From contig CAIKNA010000338.1 in NCBI GenBank assembly GCA_903828645.1, positions 1,468-65,467 on the forward strand: a stretch of DNA of 64,000 nt, written 5' to 3'. The notes below the pieces were generated by a model. It was not told the origin of the DNA. It ran no database searches and was given only the letters and a program-made list of their open reading frames with translations. The stretch's first letter is position 1, and the number at the start of each line of letters is the position of its first letter. Source of the stretch: an uncultured Bacteroidales bacterium (GTDB lineage Bacteria; Bacteroidota; Bacteroidia; Bacteroidales; FEN-979). The translations under genes were made by a program, and so were the position numbers. Positions 36,463 to 45,624 of this stretch are shown in pieces.

Positions 36463-39400
36463 ATGAAATTGCTTAGAGGCCTGTGTCTTGTTTTGTTAAC
36501 CGGCTTGTCGCAAATGGCTTGCGGGCAGGGAAATAACCTCTTTTTCCGGCACCTCACAACCAACGAGGGACTGTCGAACAATACCGTATATGCCATCAAC
36601 GAAGACACCCTTGGATTTATCTGGATCGGGACCCGGAGTGGACTTAACCGGTTTGACGGGCATTCATTTAAGGTCTACGACAACAGCAGCGGGCTGAGAA
36701 ACGTATTCATCAACACCATCTTCAGAGATTCGAAAGGCAGGATATGGGTCGGAACACAAGGCGGTGGAATATCGCGGTATGAATATGAAACAGGTGGTTT
36801 TACCTCTTTTGTCAACGATCCATTAAAGCCGAATACGATAAGTCACGATGATGTTCAGGCCATTGTTGAAGACCACAAGGGCAACCTGTGGATCGGCACC
36901 CATGAAGGCGGGCTCAACATGTTAGACATGTCCACCAATACGATTACCAGGGTCCCTGTTCAAAAGTTGCTGCCGGCAGGGTATCGCATCGACCGGATCA
37001 ATACAATGCTGATGGAGAATGATACCCTCATCTGGATCGGAACCCTGGATGGTCTTTTCTCATACAACCCGTTGAAAAACAGAATTTATCCATTCCTGGT
37101 AAATGGAAATCCGGTTAATGCCAGGATCCTTGCGCTTTTTGTTGAGGAACCTGACAAACTCTGGCTTGGGACACAGTCGGGAATCGTCAAAGTTGATATC
37201 GCCAGGCATCTGGATGAATATGTAATTTCGGGAAAAACAGGACTTTCAAGCGATCTCGTGGTAGATATCAAAAAAAGCCCGGACGGACGCATCATGATCG
37301 CCACCGATGGTGGTGGTCTGAATATTTACGATCCGGCTTCCGGGGTGTTTACTCCCTTTATGAATAATCCCAATTCCCCGAACGGGATCAGTAATAATTC
37401 GGTTTATACTATATTCATTGATAGTTTCAAAGGGTTGTGGGTTGGAAATTACATCGGGGGGATCAACTACTACAGCGAGTATGACTGGAAGTTCCAGCCT
37501 GTCAAACACGAATTGAACGACCCGCAAAGTTTATCGGATAACCACGTGAGGTGTTTTTACCAGGATGGACAGGGGATGATTTGGATAGGAACCCTGGGGG
37601 GGCTGAATCAATATGATCCGGCATCCGGCAGGTTCAGGATATATGCTGCAGACAAGAAGGATAATCATTCACTGACATCCAACTCGGTTCTTTCAATATA
37701 TGAAGACCGGGACGGGAAATTCTGGATCGGCACCTTTGGTGGAGGGATCAGCATCTTTGATAAAAAAAGTAAAACCTTCCGGAAATTCCGACACAGGGAC
37801 GACCCGACCGGATCGCTTGAAAAGGCAAATATTTACAGCATCATTGAGGCATCCTCGAATAAACTGTATATTGCCAGCCTTGGCGGAATCTATTTGCTTG
37901 ACCGGAACACCGACCGAATGACAAGATTCCTTTCTACCAATTCAAGATTATCAAACAACACGGTCAAGGTACTGTGCAAGGATAAATCGGGAAATATCTG
38001 GGCAGGGACAAACCAGGGGATCAATAAGCTTAACCATGAAAACGGTGAGATAACCTGTTACAGCCATTCCATTTCGAACCCGAACTCTTTGTCGAATAAC
38101 CGGATATTATCCATTATTACAGCGAATGACGGCAAATTGTGGATTGGAACTGAAGGAGGCGGCGTTTCCATTTTCGACCCCTCAGCCGAACGGTTTTATT
38201 CCATTACGACCACGGATGGATTGCCGGATAACGTCGTCAATTCCGTGTTACAGGACAATCTTGGAATTTTCTGGCTTGCCACCAACAAGGGGCTGGTCAG
38301 GTATGATCAAAGCACGAAAAAAATGAGGATCTATACCAGCGCTGATGGTTTACAAGCCAATGAGTTCAACCAGAACGCGGCGCTGAAATCAAAAGACGGC
38401 AACCTCTATTTTGGCGGGATCAACGGGTACAATGTCATTTCCCCCGGTAACCTGATTACGGACTTCTCGCCACCGAAGGTGATCCTCACCGACTTGTACA
38501 TATCCAATAAACTTGTCAGACCGGGTGATGAGCAAAGTCCGATCGATAAACAACTCTTCCTTGAAAAAAGAATATCCCTGGGATATGAAGCAACCTTTGA
38601 GATCGATTTTGCCGCTCTGGGTTTTATCAACAAGGGCAAGTACCAGTATTCATACAAAATGACAGGGTTATCCTTGGACTGGACTGAATTTCGCGAGGGC
38701 CGGTCGGCAAGTTATTCAAATCTTCCCCCGGGATTGTACACCTTTATGGTCAGGGCCAGGAACAACGATGGAGTCCTGAGCAGCAATCCTGCCAGCATTG
38801 AAATAAGGATATTGCCGCCGTTATGGAAAACCTGGTGGGCATTTTGCCTCTACATCCTCGTAATCCTGGCCTTACTGTTCATGTTCATGCGGTATAATAT
38901 TTCCTGGATCCGGGTGAAAAACCAGCTGATCCTTGAAAGAAAGGAAAAGGAACAACTTGAGGAACTGAACCAAATGAAACTGGGTTTCTTCACCAACATC
39001 TCCCATGAATTCAAAACACCGCTGACGCTCATCCTGGGATCCCTTGACAACCTTAAACACTCTGGTCCCAACAATCAACCGGATCAACTCCGCAACATCG
39101 AGAAAAATGCACAGCGACTCCTCATTTTGATCAACCAGTTGCTCGAATTCCGGAAAGCCGAAAACGGATTGATGAAGTTAAAGGCTACAAAGGGCAATAT
39201 CGTCAATTTTCTGAGGGGGATCAAAGAGAATTTTGAAGAATTCGCAAGAATGAAAAGCATTCACTTTGAGTTGAATGCGAGCGGAAACATCCCTGAAATA
39301 TGGTTCGATGCAGAAAAGATCGAAAAGATCCTTTACAACCTGTTATCAAATGCCTTTAAATTTGTGAATCCCGGAGGGAGGATCGAGATCAACCTCGCGT

Positions 39401-40563
39401 TCAGGGAAATCGAAGCTGCAAAGGAACCGCAAGGGCAACGCAGCTTTCTGGAGTTGGTTGTAAAGGATACAGGGCAAGGGATGTCAGTTGACGACCTGAA
39501 AAATATTTTTAACAGGTTTTACCAGGAATCAAAGGATGCTACCCGGACACAACACACTGAAGGATCGGGAATCGGGCTGGCATACAGCAAAAAACTCGTG
39601 GAATTGCATCACGGTGAGATATCTGTGCAAAGTGAACAGGGGAAAGGGGCTTCGTTCATCATCCTGCTTCCGGTAGGGAAAGGCCACCTTAACGATGATG
39701 AGATCAAGGAAGAGATTAATTTTCAGCTAATAATGGACTACCAGGGACTGTCAGGGGTTTTCAATGATGAAAGTCCGTTTTCGGAAAACGTTCCCGTTGT
39801 AAATGAAAATATGCCGATTCTTTTGGTGGTTGATGATAATCCAATGATATGCAAGGTCATTGCAGAGAAGTTTCATCAGGAGTACCAGGTCATTACTGCC
39901 GGAAACGGGATTGAAGGACTGGAAAAGGCCAGGAAATTCGTTCCCGATATCATCATCTCGGATATCCTGATGCCGGGGATGGATGGGATTGAATTTTGCA
40001 GGAAGATCAAGGATGAGTTGCTCACTTGTCACATCCCGGTCATCATGCTGACGGCCAAGAGTGATGATGACAGCCAGATCGAGGGAATCAGCACTGGTGC
40101 CGATGCCTATATTGCCAAACCATACAACCCGGAGATTTTGCAGGCAACGCTGAGAAACCTGGTCAATTCCCGCAAGGTCCTGCTGAATAAATTTTACGGG
40201 AAGGAGCAGTTTGTTCCCTCGGAGGTGGTCAGCAATAAAATTGATGAAAAGTTCCTGAACCGGCTCATTGGGCTGATCGAAGAATATGCGGAGCAGGAAA
40301 CCATTGATATCAGCGTCATTTGCCGCGAGATTGCGATGAGCAGGTCGGCATTATACCGTAAGCTGAAGGCACTTACAGGCAATTCGATTCAGGATTTTAT
40401 CAGGATGGTGAAGCTTCGCAAGGCATCCCGCATGTTATTGGAAACGACACAGACCATTTCAGAAATCGCCTACCAATCGGGTTTTCCGAATACCAAACAT
40501 TTCAGTACCACATTCAAAAAGCAGTTTGGGAAAACACCCTCGGAATACCGGCAGCAAAACTGA
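36463..40563 (+). CDS. Hybrid two-component system regulator (periplasmic beta-propeller/Y_Y_Y sensor, His kinase, receiver, AraC-type HTH)
   Basis: 1366 aa. It has repeated W(I/V)GT..G(L/G) propeller blades, a TM helix (WWAFCLYILVILALLFMF) and an H-box (FFTNISHEFKTPLT). It also has an HATPase domain (GSGIGLAY), a receiver (LLVVDDNPMI...SDILMPGMDG) and a C-terminal AraC HTH (ISEIAYQSGFPNTKHFSTTFKKQFGKTPSEYR). Confidence 0.93.
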   Translation: MKLLRGLCLVLLTGLSQMACGQGNNLFFRHLTTNEGLSNNTVYAINEDTLGFIWIGTRSGLNRFDGHSFKVYDNSSGLRNVFINTIFRDSKGRIWVGTQGGGISRYEYETGGFTSFVNDPLKPNTISHDDVQAIVEDHKGNLWIGTHEGGLNMLDMSTNTITRVPVQKLLPAGYRIDRINTMLMENDTLIWIGTLDGLFSYNPLKNRIYPFLVNGNPVNARILALFVEEPDKLWLGTQSGIVKVDIARHLDEYVISGKTGLSSDLVVDIKKSPDGRIMIATDGGGLNIYDPASGVFTPFMNNPNSPNGISNNSVYTIFIDSFKGLWVGNYIGGINYYSEYDWKFQPVKHELNDPQSLSDNHVRCFYQDGQGMIWIGTLGGLNQYDPASGRFRIYAADKKDNHSLTSNSVLSIYEDRDGKFWIGTFGGGISIFDKKSKTFRKFRHRDDPTGSLEKANIYSIIEASSNKLYIASLGGIYLLDRNTDRMTRFLSTNSRLSNNTVKVLCKDKSGNIWAGTNQGINKLNHENGEITCYSHSISNPNSLSNNRILSIITANDGKLWIGTEGGGVSIFDPSAERFYSITTTDGLPDNVVNSVLQDNLGIFWLATNKGLVRYDQSTKKMRIYTSADGLQANEFNQNAALKSKDGNLYFGGINGYNVISPGNLITDFSPPKVILTDLYISNKLVRPGDEQSPIDKQLFLEKRISLGYEATFEIDFAALGFINKGKYQYSYKMTGLSLDWTEFREGRSASYSNLPPGLYTFMVRARNNDGVLSSNPASIEIRILPPLWKTWWAFCLYILVILALLFMFMRYNISWIRVKNQLILERKEKEQLEELNQMKLGFFTNISHEFKTPLTLILGSLDNLKHSGPNNQPDQLRNIEKNAQRLLILINQLLEFRKAENGLMKLKATKGNIVNFLRGIKENFEEFARMKSIHFELNASGNIPEIWFDAEKIEKILYNLLSNAFKFVNPGGRIEINLAFREIEAAKEPQGQRSFLELVVKDTGQGMSVDDLKNIFNRFYQESKDATRTQHTEGSGIGLAYSKKLVELHHGEISVQSEQGKGASFIILLPVGKGHLNDDEIKEEINFQLIMDYQGLSGVFNDESPFSENVPVVNENMPILLVVDDNPMICKVIAEKFHQEYQVITAGNGIEGLEKARKFVPDIIISDILMPGMDGIEFCRKIKDELLTCHIPVIMLTAKSDDDSQIEGISTGADAYIAKPYNPEILQATLRNLVNSRKVLLNKFYGKEQFVPSEVVSNKIDEKFLNRLIGLIEEYAEQETIDISVICREIAMSRSALYRKLKALTGNSIQDFIRMVKLRKASRMLLETTQTISEIAYQSGFPNTKHFSTTFKKQFGKTPSEYRQQN

Positions 40564-40780
40564 CAGAGAGCCTTTTATCACCATTCCCTATAAACTATAT
40601 TTCAATCAGGGATTTGTTCTTTGAACAATAGAGGAACAGAATTGAACAGCCCTGAAACATCCCCTGACGGATAAAGCAATAATTTTACTGCAATTTAAAC
40701 CCCCGGCAATTGCGGGCGGGTTCAAGTCAAGCTGTTCTATCCAATTAGTAGATCATGAAGTCAAACAAAATTAAAATCCT

Positions 40781-43700
40781 ATGAAAATCAAGACAATCAC
40801 TGCTGTAATTCTGTTGTCTGGAATTACTTTTCTGTTATCCTCCTACGGAGGAGATGAGAATTCTGATTATCCGGGAGGCGCGCCAGCAGGGTACACCGGA
40901 TCACCAGGCGACGGGATGGACTGCCACAATTGCCATGGAGGATCTGCTTCCACAGCTGCCGACTGGATCACCTCCAACATTCCTGCCCAGGGCTATACTC
41001 CTGGGACAACATACACCATCACGGTAACTGTGACCGGGTCAGGGAACAAAGGTTTTGAGGTTTCACCGCAAAATGCAACGGGTACATTGCTTGGTACTCT
41101 CGCCGCCGGATCGGGAAACCATACGACAGGCAGTGGGAAATATGTAACACATAGCAGTTCAGTTTCTGCCAATCCTGCTACCTGGACCTTCCAGTGGACA
41201 GCACCTGTAGCAGGTACAGGATCGGTGACCTTTTACGGGGCCTTTTGTGTTTCAAAATCCACTACAAAATTGTCGACAATGGTTATTACCGAGGCCGCTG
41301 CTTCACCATTATCAGTAACAGCCTCTGCAACGCCGCCGGCCATCACTTCGGGACAGACTTCCCAGTTAAGTGCAACTGCTACAGGCGGTTCAGGAACATA
41401 TACTTATTCATGGACATCGAACCCTTCAGGGTTTACATCAACGCTGCAGAATCCTGTGGTAACCCCGACCGCCACGACCACCTATACCGTACAGGTCAAT
41501 GATGGAGCAAACACAGCTAACGGCACTGCCACAGTTTCAGTGGGGTCGCTCCCGGTATCCATTTTCCAGTTTACCTTCGAGGATGTGCTGACTCCCGTGG
41601 TCGACAATGCCATCGGAATTCCCGTGTTCACTTCATCCGGGGTTGGCGGGTTGAATTTCAATGCCACAACCCCCTGTGAAGGTGCAAAAATGTACCAGGG
41701 TTCTTATTGGACCATCGGCGATTATTACCAGTTTGCGGTGAATACAACAGGGTATTCGAATATCACTTTCAGCTACTGTGAGCGCGGATCCAATGTCCTG
41801 ATGGGTAATTTCCTTGTACGGGTTAGCCCTGACGGAACCAATTGGACAACCGTGCTTGCTGATTATACACCACCGCTTAGCAACACTACAAAAACGACTG
41901 GTGTCTTTCCGGCTTCCTGTGAAAATACGGCTAATGTTTTAATTCAGATATACAAGACCAGCGCTCCGACATCGACCGGACAGAGTTTGAGACTGGATAA
42001 TGCTATTCTTACAGGCACCCCTGAAAATGCTCCACCCGTTGCAACCTTTGACCCGGTATCAGGTTCAACAGGCGTCCTGGTGAATGTTAACCCGGTTATT
42101 ACCTTTAACGAACCCATACAGAAGACCAACGGAACACCCCTGACGAACACCGACCTTCCTTCGCTGCTGACTTTTAAAATGACGAATGCCAGTGGAACGA
42201 ATGTTCCGTATACGGCCACCATCAATGATGCAAAAACTGTTATTAATGTTGTACCGGCCGCCAACCTGGCTTTTACACATTTATACTACCTTGCGGTCGC
42301 ACCTGTTGAGGATGGCCTGGGAAATGAATCCGGAACTCAAAGTTCCACGTTTACCACTATGGCAAACACAATAAGCAACGACGCCACACTAAGTGATCTT
42401 GATGTGAATGGCACCACCGTTGCGGGGTTCACTTCCTCCATGTTAACCTATATTGTAGAATTGCCCTACGGGACAACGGTAGTCCCCTCAGTGACAGCAA
42501 CCCCGGCTTTCGGTCTTGCAACAGTGAGCATAACGCCTGCCGCCTCCCTGCCAGGAACCACAAGTGTGGTTGTAACAGCCCAGGATGGCACAACCCAACT
42601 GACTTATGCCATATCTTTCACCCTGGCTACTCCCAGCAATGATGCGACCCTAAGCACCTTCAAGTGGATGCCCTCCGGTGGAAGTCAAAGCATCCTGGTT
42701 ACCGGCTTTGCTCCAACCATCATGGATTATTCAATCGACTTACCTGTAGAAGTGACTTCACTAACCATATCGGCATCAACAACCAACAGCGGAGCAACCC
42801 TGGTGGTAACACCCCCTGCAAACCTGTCAGGTACTGCTTTGCAACGTACAGGAACCGTTGTAGTCACTGCCCAAAACGGAACTACCACCCATACCTACAC
42901 TGTTCTTTTCAACATCACAAATTCGCTGCCTTATCATTTCAAGGAGGGTTTTGTGACCTTTCCGCCTGTAAACTGGACTTATACCGGGAATATCAGTTTG
43001 TCCGCGGCAAACGGAACCGGAATTTATGCAACGGGATTGTCAAGCCCGAAATTCAAATGGACCGCGCCTGCAGACGGTGGTATTCTTAATATGCCCGTTT
43101 GCAACACTGCCGGGACCCTGGTCTTTTACGTCAGGGTTCTTGATAACTCCCTGGCTGACCAATTGCACCTCTACATTGAAAAATCGACTAATGGCGGTTC
43201 GACCTGGACAACCCTCAGCACCGACCCCATGCCAATGACCGGTAGCACAGCCATCTGGAACCAGGTAACCATCCCTGTCAATGACAACAGTTCTTCCCTG
43301 CTGCTGCGTTTTCGCGGATCAGCAATCACGGGGACCGCTTCCCAGGGGCTGTTTTATATCGATGATGTAAGCCTGACCATGAACCCTGTTGCCGACGCCT
43401 CTTTGAGTGATCTGAAGGTCGGAGGGACCACGGTCGCAGGATTTTCCGCCGCCATCTACAGTTACAACGTGGTATTGCCTCCCGGAACAACGGTTGTGCC
43501 CCCTGTTACTGCAACAACCTCATGGGCTGGTGCGACGGCCATTGTTACCAATGCTCCGGGACTGCCTGGAACTTCAACGGTTGCAGTTACTGCCCAAAAC
43601 GGGATCAATACCACACTTTATACTGTTAACATGTCGGATTCCCTTTCTGCTCCTTCGAATCTTCTGGCAACCCAGGTTCCCGGAAGCCAGGTGACCCTTA

Positions 43701-45589
43701 CCTGGAATGACAACAACACCAACGAAACAGGATTCAGCATTGAGCGAAAGCCTACCGGCGGTTTATTTGCAGTCGTGGGAAATGCCGGTGCGAACACTAC
43801 TTCTGCAAGCAATTCTTTACCGGGTCTTAATCCCAATGATTTTATTCCGGCCGACCGGTTTGCAGCGGTTACCCTGACTTCGGGAGTTCATTATGCGGAT
43901 GTGATCAACTACCTGGGTGTCCCGACACCACTTTACCTTGACGTATATGAACCCACCAGCGATACGACCCTGGCGCGACCCATGATCATCTGGATCCATG
44001 GGGGAGGTTACAGAACGGATTCATACCGGACCCAGGGATATATCGTCGATTATTGCAACAGGTTTGCGAAACGGGGATATGTTTGCATGTCCATCGACTA
44101 CCGTCTTCGTGATGGATATGCCATGCCCACACAGGCTTCAGAGTTTCCGGCTTTGCAGGATGCTGCAAGGGATGCCAATGCAGCCATCAGCTGGGTCAAA
44201 GCCAACGCTGCCTCCTACCACATTGACCCTAACCTGATATTCATTGCAGGGGGGTCGGCAGGAGGTCAGACCACACAGACCGTTTGCCAGTTTGATGGTC
44301 CCGATCCGACTGCTTTATATCCTCCCGAAAATCAATATCTTACTGCACCATGGAACAAAACCAGCCTGATTGCCAACGCGACCCTGTGGGGAGGCCTGGA
44401 GCCGGAAATGCGTGGATGGGTTTACCCTTACCTGGAACCGACCGACATTCCGACCATACTGGTTCATGGAAGTGCGGATGTGACAATCCTTCCCCAGAAC
44501 AGCATCGACCTGAATGATACGCTCACCGCAACCGGCGTGACCAGCGAACTTCATATCATCCCCGGGGCCACCCATAGCTGTCTTGGCCATGAAACTGAAA
44601 TATCTGAATGGGTGTCTGCATTTTTCGCCCAGGAGTGGAACAAGGTAAATGCACTGGCAGCATCGTATACATATCGTGCGACCGCATATAATGCTGCCGG
44701 AGGTTCCGGTTATTCCAATACTTCAGGGTGGCCTGTGGCAGATAGTGCGACTTCATCAGGGTTCACAACCAAAGCAGATCTCAATGTACCAGGAACTTCC
44801 TGGTTTGTAATTCTGCCTGCCGGTGATCCCGCACCCACTTCGCTGCAAGTCAAAGAGGGGAAAAATGGCGCAGGAATTACCCTGGCGGACAATCTCAAAG
44901 GATCGATTGCCTGCACAGCAGGAAAAACCGAGTATCAGGCGGTGATCACGGGCCTGAACAGTTCAACAACCTATGATGTATATTTTGCGGCCGCGAATGC
45001 AGCACAAAAACTCCAGTCTGCTCCCACAAAGGTGATTGTGACCACCACGGCCCCGTCGGTACCTGCAAACACATCTGTTGCCGGCACGGTAGCACAAACA
45101 ACATGTTACAATGCCACCAATACGATAACCGTTGCCGGTTCTCCAAATGAATTCATCATTGAAAACGGTGGTCATGCCACCATGATCGCAGGGGTAAACA
45201 TACGCTGTCTCCCCGGAACCAAAGTTCTCCCGGGCGGCTACATGTGGGGATATATCACCACCACCGGCTCCTGGTGCGGAATGAAGTCATCATCCATAAT
45301 AACTCTCGCCGAAGATGTTCCTGAAGCGCAATCAAGCCATGAACAATCCATGTGCAAGGTCTACCCTAACCCGACAGCGGGGGATTTCACCATTGAACTA
45401 CAGGCTGTTCCCGGTAACTGCAGGGTTCACGCCGAAGGATACGGAATGCGTGGGGAAAAGATTTTTTCATCCGATTTGTCAGGCAGGGGGAAACATCAAT
45501 TTTCATTGTCTGATTTTCCTTCCGGGATCTACTTTATACGTGTGATCGCGGGGGATAAGATCGAAACGTTCAAGGTAATCAGGCAATAA
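40781..45589 (+). CDS. 1602-aa multidomain T9SS cargo: N-terminal CxxCH-containing module, Ig-like, SbsA/Big_5-like, 3 cadherin-like, MAM/CBM-like, FN3 with a nested alpha/beta-hydrolase (esterase), type-A CTD
   Basis: Signal peptide, then DCHNCHGG at codons 47-54. ATLSDL-type modules occur three times. APSNLLATQVPGSQVTLTWNDNNTNETGFSIERK is the first FN3 half. The esterase part has IWIHGGGY, IAGGSAGGQ, VHGSADV and GATHSC. SYTYRATAYNAAGGSGYSN is the second FN3 half. The CTD reads CKVYPNPTAGDFTIEL...GIYFIRVIAGDKIETFKVIRQ. Confidence 0.8.
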   Translation: MKIKTITAVILLSGITFLLSSYGGDENSDYPGGAPAGYTGSPGDGMDCHNCHGGSASTAADWITSNIPAQGYTPGTTYTITVTVTGSGNKGFEVSPQNATGTLLGTLAAGSGNHTTGSGKYVTHSSSVSANPATWTFQWTAPVAGTGSVTFYGAFCVSKSTTKLSTMVITEAAASPLSVTASATPPAITSGQTSQLSATATGGSGTYTYSWTSNPSGFTSTLQNPVVTPTATTTYTVQVNDGANTANGTATVSVGSLPVSIFQFTFEDVLTPVVDNAIGIPVFTSSGVGGLNFNATTPCEGAKMYQGSYWTIGDYYQFAVNTTGYSNITFSYCERGSNVLMGNFLVRVSPDGTNWTTVLADYTPPLSNTTKTTGVFPASCENTANVLIQIYKTSAPTSTGQSLRLDNAILTGTPENAPPVATFDPVSGSTGVLVNVNPVITFNEPIQKTNGTPLTNTDLPSLLTFKMTNASGTNVPYTATINDAKTVINVVPAANLAFTHLYYLAVAPVEDGLGNESGTQSSTFTTMANTISNDATLSDLDVNGTTVAGFTSSMLTYIVELPYGTTVVPSVTATPAFGLATVSITPAASLPGTTSVVVTAQDGTTQLTYAISFTLATPSNDATLSTFKWMPSGGSQSILVTGFAPTIMDYSIDLPVEVTSLTISASTTNSGATLVVTPPANLSGTALQRTGTVVVTAQNGTTTHTYTVLFNITNSLPYHFKEGFVTFPPVNWTYTGNISLSAANGTGIYATGLSSPKFKWTAPADGGILNMPVCNTAGTLVFYVRVLDNSLADQLHLYIEKSTNGGSTWTTLSTDPMPMTGSTAIWNQVTIPVNDNSSSLLLRFRGSAITGTASQGLFYIDDVSLTMNPVADASLSDLKVGGTTVAGFSAAIYSYNVVLPPGTTVVPPVTATTSWAGATAIVTNAPGLPGTSTVAVTAQNGINTTLYTVNMSDSLSAPSNLLATQVPGSQVTLTWNDNNTNETGFSIERKPTGGLFAVVGNAGANTTSASNSLPGLNPNDFIPADRFAAVTLTSGVHYADVINYLGVPTPLYLDVYEPTSDTTLARPMIIWIHGGGYRTDSYRTQGYIVDYCNRFAKRGYVCMSIDYRLRDGYAMPTQASEFPALQDAARDANAAISWVKANAASYHIDPNLIFIAGGSAGGQTTQTVCQFDGPDPTALYPPENQYLTAPWNKTSLIANATLWGGLEPEMRGWVYPYLEPTDIPTILVHGSADVTILPQNSIDLNDTLTATGVTSELHIIPGATHSCLGHETEISEWVSAFFAQEWNKVNALAASYTYRATAYNAAGGSGYSNTSGWPVADSATSSGFTTKADLNVPGTSWFVILPAGDPAPTSLQVKEGKNGAGITLADNLKGSIACTAGKTEYQAVITGLNSSTTYDVYFAAANAAQKLQSAPTKVIVTTTAPSVPANTSVAGTVAQTTCYNATNTITVAGSPNEFIIENGGHATMIAGVNIRCLPGTKVLPGGYMWGYITTTGSWCGMKSSSIITLAEDVPEAQSSHEQSMCKVYPNPTAGDFTIELQAVPGNCRVHAEGYGMRGEKIFSSDLSGRGKHQFSLSDFPSGIYFIRVIAGDKIETFKVIRQ

Positions 45590-45624
45590 TCAGGCAACTT
45601 TTAACCGAAGAACAGGAGCGCAGT

